Of a stretch of DNA of 64,000 nt, positions 31,263 through 41,800 are shown in pieces. The notes beneath the pieces were generated by a model. It was given only the letters and a program-made list of their open reading frames with translations. It ran no database searches and was not told where the DNA came from. This DNA is from Candidatus Latescibacterota bacterium (GTDB lineage Bacteria; Latescibacterota; UBA2968; GCA-2709665), in contig CBDDDZ010000005.1 of assembly GCA_965226795.1 (NCBI GenBank), forward strand, positions 2,496,001 through 2,560,000. Reading direction: 5' to 3'. A program made the translations under genes and the position numbers. Numbering within the stretch: the first letter of the stretch is position 1; each line of letters opens with the position of its first letter.

Positions 31263-31490
31263 ATACAAAACCGTGAGGTGGACAGAAAGGCTGGAATGTG
31301 GGAAATTCATCCAACGTACGGTTCGAAGGCGCAGATTCCGTCCCGCTGCAGATCGATTGACTGCCCTTCATGCCGCACAGCATTACGGTACCTGCCACGC
31401 ACTGAATCAACGCGCTTCGATAGGTTTGTCCACAGGTCCATCCGGGTTGCCAGATCCTGTGCCGTCGCAAGTCCATTTCCGTGTGGAGCG

Positions 31491-31598
31491 TTGACACCCA
31501 ACACAGGAGTGTGTGTATTACACACTATAACGAGCGCGGAGTTCAATCGGAAGTTGAAACAGGATGGTTGGGTGTTAAATAATACAGGGGGCAGCCAC
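31491..31598 (+). pseudogene. hicA: HicA toxin relic with promoter and palindromic operator
   Basis: 31527-31598 reads ITSAEFNRKLKQDGWVLNNTGGSH (HicA N-terminal pattern, ATA where ATG is expected). TTGACA at 31491; palindrome GTGTGTA-T-TACACAC at 31511-31525. Confidence 0.65.
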
Positions 31599-31626
31599 GA
31601 GGGCGTCATTGCTGCCGCGGGAGGCC

Positions 31627-33800
31627 TCACCCCGGATTCAGGGCCAGCCAGGACCTCAACGCCGGCGCCTGTGGATGCCGGGGCGCCAGGTCCAGTACTT
31701 TTCTGAAGTAGGTACGGGTTTTCCGGACGTCCCCTAACGTGTGATAGACAACACCCAGGTTGTAATACGCCTCGGCGTAGCCGGGTTCCAGGGCCACGGC
31801 TTTCTCATAGGCGGAAATGGCCTGTTCATAGTTCCCCAGTCCGTGGTACGCGTTTCCAAGATTGGAATGCGCCCTGGCATAACCCGGTTTCAATGCAATG
31901 GCTTTCCGATAGGCTCTGACGGCAGAGTCGAGCCGTCCTGTTCTATAATGCAGATCGCCGACGTTGTAATAGGCCGCCACGAACTTCGGCTTCAATCCGA
32001 TCGCCGTTTCAAAATGCACAGCCGCCCGATCGTATTCCCTCAGGCCGTAGCAGGCGTTGCCCATCTGGAAGTGGGCTTCCACGAACTCCGGCTTCAGCGC
32101 AATCACCTTTTCGAAATTCGTCATTGCCCTTTCGTACTTCCCGGTATCGTAATATAAGTTGCCGAGGTTGTAATAGGCCTCCACGAAATCCGGCTTCAGT
32201 GCAATCACCTTCTGAAAGTATGCCGCCGCTCGATCAAACCTCTTCATGTCATAATACAGATTGCCGAGATTGTAATAACCGCCCGCAAACTCCGGATCGA
32301 CTACAACAACCTTCTCGTATGCCCGGATCGCCTGGACGCGCCTGCCTTGATCCCTGTGGTAGACCCCAAGCGTCTCCCATCCGTGCGACCGGGCGTGCGC
32401 CGACAGGTTTCTCCCTTCCAGGTGGCTCGTAAAACGCGCTTCGGCGGACGGCACGTCCGCGTTAACGCCGATCCAGAACAATGCGTGCAGGGCTGCGGCC
32501 GCGCAGATCAAACCGCCGGTATTCGCCGAAGTATATCGGTCCCGATGCTCACGGACTACCGTAAGCGCCGTCCAGAGCGTAAGAGGCAAAGCGGCGAAAG
32601 CAAACACATCCCAATCCCTGAAAGCACCGAGTTCAGGGTTGGCCACAACGGTAAACAGAACCGGAAACAGTGCGGCAACCAGAACAAACTGTCGACCGGA
32701 TCCCCGAAACGAACGCCTCCTCCGGCAAAGAATCAGAACCAGCAACGAAGAAGGCGCAACGAGGAAATATTGATTCGTGAAATCCACCAGTTTGCCGATT
32801 GAAAACAACCGGTAGTGTTGTTTGGGACCGGGTTCGGCAAACAGATTCAGGATATAAAATCCCTGTCGTTTTTGTAAATACGCGATCAGATCGAACTGAA
32901 TCAGCAGGAGCGCGCCGAAAAAAACGGCCCCGCATACCAGCAAGGCGAGCGCTGCTTTCGCGGCCGACCGGCCTGGCGTCCGTGATCCGGACATTCCATC
33001 GGCCCGGCCTTTGAGTAACGCCAGCGCCACCAGGGAAGGTGCAAGCGTCATCATCGCAATGTGGAGTGCCATCATAATGCCGAGCAACGCCGCGGGCGCC
33101 CAGAGCGTCACTCTGCCTTGGAGCGCCCGTATGCCCAGGAGCAGGTAAAGCAGCATGATCGGGAACAGTATCGCATAATTTTCGACATACGCGAAAAAAA
33201 GCTGCATGAACCCGGCCCCCAGCAACAGGGCCAGAATCAGAAAACGCTCCAGTGCGTCCTTTCCCAGGAACCGGGCGGCATACCTGACAACAACCACGAT
33301 ACAGGATTCCGGACACACAACTGTATATCCGATACGTGGTCTCGGCGGAATCCCAGACCGCCGCTCCAGCCCGTGGAACCCCCGGATGATCCAGAACGTC
33401 AGCGGCGCGCGATCCGTTCTGGGGATTTCAGACCAGAAATCATCCAATTCACGCATCAGCATGATCCCGTCGCCGAGCAGATGCACAGCGGAACGCATGC
33501 CCCAGAAGACCACAAGGCCGCCGAACAGAAGCAAAAACCATGAAATAACGGATCGCCGGAAGAGACCGCCGCGGTCGCATAACCCGGCCAGCTCCGACGT
33601 CCACAACCCCAGGCGCTGCCGAGCGGCCAAAAACAGCAACGCCACACTCAACAGGACGAATATCACCCGCGGCCAGGACGTCATGGAACCGCAAGAAATC
33701 CGCGCCCCATACAGACACGGGCTGCCAGTAAGCGAACAGAACATGCAGGCCGAGAAAGAACCCCACCACAATGATTGGCTTACAGGCTTGATCTACATTG
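31627..33800 (-). pseudogene. Multi-pass membrane (GT-C-like) + C-terminal TPR protein with apparent frameshifts in the 5' part
   Basis: HLLGDG, LFFAYVENYA, GAFRDWDVF, about seven TPRs. N-terminus in another frame (shift near 33670) plus compensating indels near 33367 and 33298. Start approximate. Confidence 0.65.
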
Positions 33801-33822
33801 CGTCGAACCGTCCGTTCTCAAT

Positions 33823-36227
33823 TCAGAATCTGCGGACCGACTCAGACGCCATCGGATCCGCCCGGCGCGCCCGGCGAAGCCCGGCGCACGATCCTACCTG
33901 ACCATACCCGTTCCGGCAAGTAGCAACACCATCGGCGATCAGGAGGTAGAACCCGGCGAGAGCGCCGGCTCCAGTACGATCCGGCTCTCGCCCGGACCGA
34001 GCTTTAGCGCCACAAAGTGACCGGGTCGTGTACGGCCGTGCATCGTCCATTCACGGTAACCCGCTGGTAGGGATAGGCCGTATAAGCGAGCCGCGCAAAA
34101 CAGGTAGCACTGGCCTGCACGACCAGTTCGACCCGCTGGTTCCACACCCGGTGCGCCAAAACCTTCACCCGCGGCGACGTGCCCCTTCCCTCCCGTGTTC
34201 GTCCGCCAGTAGAATCTGCTTGCACGTACGGTTCTGTAAATCAACGTCCATGGCCTGCAGCAACTTCAAATAATCGCTCAGTGCGCGGCTCTGCATCCGG
34301 CGCGCTTCCCGTTCATCTACGTCCAACCCGGAACGGGCGCGGCCCTGCAGTTCCCGTACCGGATAGGGCCATCCCGGCTCGACTACCACAATGGGGACTG
34401 GCTTCAGGAAATTCCGAAAGATCCGGTCCTGTTCCGAGTCGGAATACAGCAGGTGGCGGGTGTTCATCAGGAAGAGCCCGACGCGGATCATGTCGAATCC
34501 AGGCATTTCGTTCAGGCCGGCCCCGCCTTCCAGACGCTGCAACGACAGATGAAGCACATCCTGGAAACGCCGGACAAAGGCCGGTACCGACAGCGGGTAC
34601 TGCGTAAGTGTTGTCTAGGTATCCAGAGGTGTCGACAGGCCCGTATGCAGGGCCAACCAGGGAATGATGAAGTGGTAATAGATTTTATTGGTTGTATGAA
34701 ACAGCCGATATCCCGGAAGCTGCCCGTCGGCATACGCGTCAAGCTCCTCCCGGAGCCGCTTGTAGACGGGATGATGCTGTAAGGGAAGCGGCTTCGCGAT
34801 CGGCCAGGCGTTCGGATCCCGCCGCAGACCCTGCAATGCGCGCGGGCCGATTGTGGACTCCACACCACGAGACCGGTACGGCTGTTGAAAGGTCGTTGGG
34901 CCCAGGTCTTCCAGAACGACCACAAGGATCACCACGAAGACCCCGACGGGGCGTTCCGCCCCGCGGCGCGCGCGGCCGTAAACAACCCCACCAGCACCGC
35001 GACAAAGAACACCACAAACAGCAGGTAGCGAGACGCGTTCATCGCCTGCACCACACCGAGGGTCTTCAGCACCGGCCATCGGTAACCAAATACCAGCAGC
35101 AGCGACCCGATCAGGCAAAGGCCGACGGGAAATCCCGCTGCGCGCGCTTCGGCCCGTTCCGTGCGGACAGTCCGTACGAGTCCCCACACCGCGATCGCGA
35201 CAAGACTCGCCCCGAGATATCCGCCGTACCAGTGGTCCTGTGCCTGAAAAAGCCGGAACCGGTGGTTCGACCAAAACAGCAAATGCCGCCAGGTCGGCAC
35301 CGGAAAATCAGACATATAGAATCCGGCGTGAAGCCCGGTCAATCCCCGTTCCACGACCATGGGAACGGTCAGGTAAGCACCGAGAAACGCGCCGCCGCCG
35401 ATGGCCTGGGAAAGGGGATTCGAATTTTTCCGAAGCCCCTCCCAGAAGTAAAACGGCAATGGCAGCAGAGCATAAAACAGGGACAGCGGCAGCCTGCCCA
35501 TAATGAGGACCTGCTGCGTGTGCCAGAAACCCAACACATAGGCAAGCCCCGCTGCGAATCCGGCCTGCCGGGAGCCGGTCAGACGCCGCACAAAGAGATA
35601 TGCGCCAAGCCCGGATAGCGCATGGGCCGCACCAAGCACCAACTTGGTCGACCAGAACGGGGCCTGGAACGCAAGATTCACCAGACCGACAAGGTAGTAG
35701 AACAGGAAGCCGTAAAACTGCAGGTATGGCGTGCCATTTCAGAAGTAATGCGTCCAGATCGGGATCTCGCCCTGCGCCATTGACGTTGCCGCCAACCAGG
35801 CGTAGGCAACGTGCAAATACGTGTCGGCGCCATGCGCAAACGCCCCTCCGGAAAAATAAAAGCGAACCAGAATCAGGCTCCCCAGAACAAGGAACACGAC
35901 CGTTCGCTTTTCACTTGCGAAAATTTGCTCGAAAAACGCCGACAGCCGCCGCCCGCGCCACTCCAAAAAGATCAGAGACACTACCACCGCAAGAATCAGC
36001 AGCGATAGTGATACATCGAACGCATCGACCGCGACGAACCTCCGGGCAACTGAGAGAAAACCCCGAAGACTTTGATACCGTATGCCCGGACGAAGAATCC
36101 CGAATTTATCCAGCGTCACATACTGAAATACAATTAGCAGCCCCGCCAGCAACGCCAGCAGGGCCGACACGTCCACGGGCCATCCGGTCTTTTTCGGTCC
36201 TTCCGGCCGTTTCAAGACGTTCTCCAC
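33823..36227 (-). pseudogene. Large GT-C/YfhO-like membrane protein ('6-pyruvoyl-tetrahydropterin synthase-related' type), fragmented
   Basis: GEIPIWTHYF*NGTPYLQFYG (in-frame TGA at 35739-35741), in-frame TAG at 34615-34617, frameshifts near 34960, 34190 and 34030; C-terminal RLAYTAYPYQRVTVNG. 3' end approximate. Confidence 0.7.
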
Positions 36228-36299
36228 GTTTCTATTCCGGCAGGCCGCCGAGGCAGATGCCGGTTGCGATCCATGAACCCGGCCCCCGCCGCCGAAATC

Positions 36300-36938
36300 T
36301 TATTCGAAAGAAATCCCGACTCGAACGGGGAAAAGCTGCGTGCTTCCCCGCTCTCCTGAGGTAAATCCGACCTCAAACCGCCCTTCGACAAAGAGATGCG
36401 TGCGGTCTGTCAGCCGGATGTCGATCCCGGCGCCCGCGTTTACCGCAAACCCGGTTCCGGATTGCCCGGCAACATGGAAGGTATCGTTGCCGATCTCAAC
36501 CACCTCAATATCGGCTTCGAAATAGGACAGTATGCCCACGCCGCCGACCACGTATGGCACCGCCCTTACGTCCAGATCGTCCGAATCGATTGTTTTCGTG
36601 TACTTCAGGCTGCCAAAAGCGCCAAACAGGTTTTTTCCCCCGCCGCTGGTGCCGGTTACCACCTCGAGCGCATCGTTTTCCGCCTTGAATTTGCCCTCAT
36701 TAAATGCGAATCGGGCGTAACTGAACCTTCCCTGAACGGCCAGGCTGGGGTGAATGAAATACTCCACGCCAGCGCCCACGCCGATACCGGGATACCAGAA
36801 TTCCGAAAGAGAAATGGATGCGGGCGCGGCGACTCCTGCGCTAATGAAATAAACCGGCTTCTGCTGCGCTCCCGCGTCGCCCGCCCATCCGCCGGTCAAC
36901 AACTGTACTGCAACAAAAACAGACAACACTCTCATCAT
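36300..36938 (-). CDS. Small outer-membrane beta-barrel protein (OmpA/OmpW-like, 8 strands)
   Basis: Signal peptide, alternating strands, PYVVGGVG, NAGAGID, C-terminal RVGISFE. Confidence 0.8.
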   Translation of the reverse strand: MMRVLSVFVAVQLLTGGWAGDAGAQQKPVYFISAGVAAPASISLSEFWYPGIGVGAGVEYFIHPSLAVQGRFSYARFAFNEGKFKAENDALEVVTGTSGGGKNLFGAFGSLKYTKTIDSDDLDVRAVPYVVGGVGILSYFEADIEVVEIGNDTFHVAGQSGTGFAVNAGAGIDIRLTDRTHLFVEGRFEVGFTSGERGSTQLFPVRVGISFE

Positions 36939-36982
36939 ATCAAATTTCCTCTTTTCCGGCGCATAAAAGAAACACGACCACT

Positions 36983-37005
36983 ACGTCTCGCGTCTCACGT
37001 CTTAC
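36983..37005. repeat. Heptamer tandem repeat, copy 2
   Basis: ACGTCTC-GCGTCTC-ACGTCTT-AC; includes the TAA stop of the upstream gene. Confidence 0.6.
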
Positions 37006-38342
37006 CTCAAATCGCCCTCCTGCAGCCGCCCCCAACCCTGGAGAATGGATGGGATCATCTGTACGGGTTGTCCGGCTTTACAGAATACCGCCCAGAGGAC
37101 ATCCCAGACCTGCGGATGCCACTGGCACAGATCGATCCAGTCCGCGCAGGGCGTACTGTCGTCTTCCTTCCGGTCCACCCGGCCGCCGATCACCGGATCA
37201 TCCACCGACCCGTTCCACATCTGATCCAGCAGGGTATGCGCGAAACGCTTCATATCGGCGTTGTTGAACACCACGCCGCGCCGGCAGGCATCGATTGCAA
37301 ATCCGATATCGATCCGCCCGTGACTGGTATCTTCAATGGCGCTGTGCCCGGGTGCGCCGGCCTCGATCCAGTCCCAGTAGTACCAGGTATACGCCCGACC
37401 TGTTTTCCATAGATGCCTTTTGAAATTCTTCGCCATCCGCTGCGCCCGGTCCGCAAACAGCGGCTTCCGCGACACGTTTTGCAGCGCCAGATATGCGCGC
37501 CCCAACGCCAGGTATTGATTGTGCGGCATGATCCGGTTCGGAAACCGTTCCGTCATCCACGGAGAAAACCGATATCCGCCGGACGCCGGGGATGAATCCA
37601 CCCAGTCACGCTCGTGCTTATCGGCAATCTGCGTTCCGATAAATCGGAGATAGGTTCGGGCTTTGTCCCCGAATTTCACCTTCAACTCCGCATTCCGGAA
37701 GGCGTGCTCGATAAAGCGGCTCACCGGATGCAGGAACATTCCCTGGTGGACGATATACTCCAGCGGCTCACCGGCGAAAACCTGCACCCAGAACCGGTCT
37801 CCAGCGCGCGCTGTCCCCTCGATGCTTATCTTAAACGGCGCAAAACCGTTCAGGGTCGCGCCGGGTCGGAACCGGCCTCCCGCCAAAACCTTTCTTGTTC
37901 CATACTCCTGGACGGCGTACCGCCGTCCAGGGAGAATTTCCACAACGCGAACGGTATCCCGAGCCATATCACCGCCCCGGATCACCCAAACCCGTTCCTC
38001 TTCAGGCGCGATGCGGGCCGTACCCCGGTTGTGCATCGACCCTGTTCTCACCAGCGCCACCGAATAGACCGGCGTGACCCAGGTGGCGTAACTATCGGCA
38101 AAGTGGTCCTGCCGGGTACCCATCATCCGATCGAAATGGTCCACCATCTTGTCCAACCACGCCGGATCAGCGGTTGCTTCGTAAAGCTTCACGTATGCGT
38201 CGAGAAACCCACTCTCGCCCCACCCCAGAACCCCGGAGTCCGGTTCGTCGGAACTTCCCTTGCCCTGATTGTGTGACCGGTCATAACCGGCGAACCTCTC
38301 AACCAGTTCGTCCCGATCAAAAGGCGCGACACGCCCGCACAT
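37002..38342 (-). CDS. Hypothetical protein, probable (alpha/alpha)-toroid carbohydrate-active fold
   Basis: LGWGES, LYEATADPAWLD, YTWYYW, EDTSHG. AGGAGG RBS before ATG 38342. Confidence 0.65.
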   Translation of the reverse strand: MCGRVAPFDRDELVERFAGYDRSHNQGKGSSDEPDSGVLGWGESGFLDAYVKLYEATADPAWLDKMVDHFDRMMGTRQDHFADSYATWVTPVYSVALVRTGSMHNRGTARIAPEEERVWVIRGGDMARDTVRVVEILPGRRYAVQEYGTRKVLAGGRFRPGATLNGFAPFKISIEGTARAGDRFWVQVFAGEPLEYIVHQGMFLHPVSRFIEHAFRNAELKVKFGDKARTYLRFIGTQIADKHERDWVDSSPASGGYRFSPWMTERFPNRIMPHNQYLALGRAYLALQNVSRKPLFADRAQRMAKNFKRHLWKTGRAYTWYYWDWIEAGAPGHSAIEDTSHGRIDIGFAIDACRRGVVFNNADMKRFAHTLLDQMWNGSVDDPVIGGRVDRKEDDSTPCADWIDLCQWHPQVWDVLWAVFCKAGQPVQMIPSILQGWGRLQEGDLR

Positions 38343-38414
38343 ACCTGCCTCCTGTTCACATGCTCTCAAGCGACTCGTCCGTGCACAACTCCCCGATCGC
38401 TTCATCGGTAAACG

Positions 38415-38755
38415 TCCCACTGTCATGCTGAGGAAGCCAAATGGTCGACGATGTCTCCGCGCAAATGTGTTTACTGCGTTTCTGCCTTAAGGACAATCGA
38501 ACCGGCGGGAGATTCTTCGACTCCGCTCAGAATGACGTGTTGGCCGATAGTCGAACACGTCGCTTCCCACTGTCATGCTGAGGAAGCCCCCAGGCTGACG
38601 AAGCATCTACTGCGGCATCGGATGATGTGAGAGTGTCCGAACCACAACGCCGCCTGCCGCACAGCACGACACCACGTTCAGCCGAACCGGCGGGAGATTC
38701 TTCGACTCCGCTCAGAATGACAGGAAGGCCGATGGTCAGGCGTGTGAGATCCCTT
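38415..38755. repeat. Two tandem REP/MITE-like units (GTCAT...ATGAC family)
   Basis: Identical 24-mer TCCCACTGTCATGCTGAGGAAGCC at 38415 and 38565; identical 39-mer CGAACCGGCGGGAGATTCTTCGACTCCGCTCAGAATGAC at 38498 and 38683. Confidence 0.85.
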
Positions 38756-38757
38756 CA

Positions 38758-38834
38758 ACGTGAGACGTAAGACATGAAGAAAACGATTGTGGTGGGGTGC
38801 CGGGACCTCTTCCGTCTTGCTTCTTACGTCTCAC
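38758..38834. repeat. Heptamer inverted-repeat element, copy 3
   Basis: Perfect 13-bp inverted repeat GTGAGACGTAAGA (38760) / TCTTACGTCTCAC (38822). Confidence 0.7.
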
Positions 38835-38866
38835 CGGCGGGGAGATGGGTGGGGGGACGGGCTTGC

Positions 38867-41800
38867 TCACTGAACGTAGAATCCCGTCTGTCGGTTCGAT
38901 GTCAGACCGCTGTTCAGATCGGTCACCTCAATTTCCAAAATATACTGTCCGGGCTTGGTGGATTTCAGATCCAGTTCCATGTACACCTCTTCCGACTCCG
39001 AGTTTCCAAGCTGCTCGTATCCCACTGCAAGCTCCTGTTTTCTGCCCGTCAGTACGCGCACCAACTGCGAGACCACCCCGCTTGCCGTACGCCCCTGTAC
39101 TCCCTTGGGCTGAATCGTATATTCCACCTTGTAACGGGTCTGCCCGAATTCGTCCTGCCTGAGGCGGTAAATTTCATAATAGACAAATACGCCCTGGTTC
39201 CTTCCAAACGTGCGTGTCGGGATGGGAATGACCCGAAGGCCGCCCTTCTTAAACTTATCCAAGTCGTTCGATTCGGCAATCGAATACGCCATTTGCAACT
39301 CGCTCAACTGCAGAAAAGCCCTCTCGTAATTGTCAATCACAACCTCCTGCCGGTACCGACCCTGCCTACCGGACAGTCTGTCCTTGATTTGCACCTCCAT
39401 CCGGTAGGTGCCAGGGGGCACGTCCAGCCGGACCAGGTCGGGTACAAAGCCACCACGCGCCCCGGTTAAATCGCCGCCGCCGCGGAATTCGAGATTGCCC
39501 TGCCGGCGATAAACCGACCCGTTGCGCGAATTGTTCAACGCCACGGAACGCTCCAGAAACATTTCGGTTTCGTCCCGATCCTCAAGGTATTTGCCGAGAT
39601 TGTAGGGCGCACCGAAGTAGACCTCCACGAACGACCGCTGGCCCCCCTCATCCTGGCGGAAGTTGGCCAGATCGAAATAGAACTCCAGCGGCGACTTATT
39701 CTCCGGCGGCTTGTAATAGTCCGGCGTAACCAGGGCGGCCTGTTCAGCCACGGACCGTGGATTGAACTGGTTGAACCGGGTCAGTTGCTGCATGGGAATG
39801 CGCACGTCCATCGGCGGCGGCGCATAGTCGAACTCGCCCCGCATATGTTCGTCTGTAAACGTTATTTCGATTCCGCCATTCACATCGGTATAAACCCAGA
39901 CCTCCCAGGGAACCATCGAGGCATCGTCCTGAGAGGTTACGGCCTTGTATGCAAAGTCGTTGACGGCGTTACCCAGGCCCATAGCGCCGCCCTGCATCTG
40001 TACACCTTCGAACCGGAGCAACTCCAGGGACTCACCCGTCACCTCATTGTTCGCGGTAATGCCCGAACTGAAAGTAATGCTCTGGCGCTGGGTCTCACCC
40101 CCGGCTGTTTCCCGAGCGTTTCTGTCGTCACGTTGGGCGACGGAGGTGAGATCCTCCACCTGGCGGTCCCCGGCGAACCCGTCGCCCAGGTTCGTGCCAC
40201 CGCTGAGATTCGACTTCAGGCTGCGCACCGCGTACACCGGGCCGCCCATGAAACTCATCTGCAACGCCGCCGACCCGTACATCTGCCGGGCAATGCGCTC
40301 CCGCACACGCTGCACCTTCAGGCTCTGGTTGTAGTTCTTCATATTGGACTGAGACCGGTAATCGGGCTCGCCAAACCGGATGTACACCTCACCCCGCCGG
40401 TCCCATGGCTGTCTGCCCTTCGAAAAAGCCCCCAGCGCGTACCAGACCCGTCTGTAGTGCTCCAACTGGCGCTCGTTAATCGACGTGGTCAGGTCCGGGT
40501 CGTGTGCCGTCCAGAACCGTTTGACCCGTTCGACGCGAGCCGAGCGATCGGCCTGCTCATACAGTTTGCGTTCCTCCGGAGACATCAGAAGGACCGGATC
40601 GTGATACAGCGCCCCCTCCTCCCCTGTGGCCGCCTGCAGGTACTCGCTGAAATATCTGTCCGCCCACTCGAGCCGTCCCAACTGGACGCAGGCCTGTGCC
40701 AGCACGGCCAGGACCCCGGTGTCATCGGGATGCTCCCGAACATAATCCGTAAGCAAGGTCACGATCCGCTCATAATTTCGCGACCTCAGGTACACACCGG
40801 CCAGCCGCTTCCTCCCCTCAGGATCTTCCGGCTTCAACGTCATGTATCGCGCGTAGAGGAGGGCCGCCCGTTCGAAATCCTCCTCCTGGACCTCGTACCA
40901 CTCCCCCAAGAGCAGATAGGCGGGCGCAAACGTCGGATCGATATCAATGACCTTCTCCACGTCGTATTTCGCGTCGTGCTCTTGCAGGCTGTGCCGAAGC
41001 CTGGCTATATTGAAACGCGCTTCCAGGTAATCCCGGTTGTACTGCAGCGCCTTCGTATAGTATCGGATCGCGTCATACCGCGCTTTCGGACGCCTTTCGA
41101 ATACCTGCCCGAGCCCGTTGTATGCTTCAGCCATCCTGTGGTCCAGCCGAACCGCGCGTTCGAACGAAAGCAGCGCGGCGTCCGGATCTTTGGACTTCAG
41201 ATACGCATAGCCCAACTGACAATGCCCGCGCGCGGACTTAGGCGCCATCAGCGTGACCACCTGCAGCACGGGCACCGAGGCCGGCGCGTCCTTCGCCAGC
41301 ACCCGTCGGCCCACGTCCAGCAACGAATCGACCTGCGCCGTTCCCACCAACCTGTCCATCACCTCGAACCCGTCCCCACGCCGAATCAGTTCCAGCAGCC
41401 GACCGCGATGATAAGGGCTGATCACCATCGCCTCGCCGTCTGCGGCGGCGGGCCGATAAAAATAACTGATTAGGCTTTTCTTCCGATCTCCGGGCGATCT
41501 GAACAACCGTTCAAGAATCCGCTCCTCCGCATCGTCCAGCCCCCCTGCACGCGCCGAAGCCTTCAACACCTCCAGGTTCACGGGCGGGCTGCCGTTGTTG
41601 AGTGGGCGGTATTCAAGTATCATATTCCCGATCGCGGACAGGTTCTCCCTGCAAACCCATCGGGCGCCCGCCGCACCGGCCATCCGCGACCTGCCCGCCA
41701 AGAGCTTTGCGTATGCCATCGCCGGCTTCGAATAGAGGAGGTCATCCCGCGCCAGCGCCTCAAACTGCTGGGCCGCACTTCGATAGAGATGCTGCGCGTG

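Noticed and set aside
38415..38721. CRISPR array (identical repeats with unique interiors)
   Set aside because: Two different alternating repeats with only two copies each, interiors of unequal 28-95 nt length, and no cas genes; fits REP doublets.
39785..41473. Long antisense ORFs (also 50142..51515, 8852..10219, 10216..11529, 15999..17240, 21520..22716)
   Set aside because: Shadow frames opposite well-supported genes in GC-rich DNA, with no recognisable motifs.
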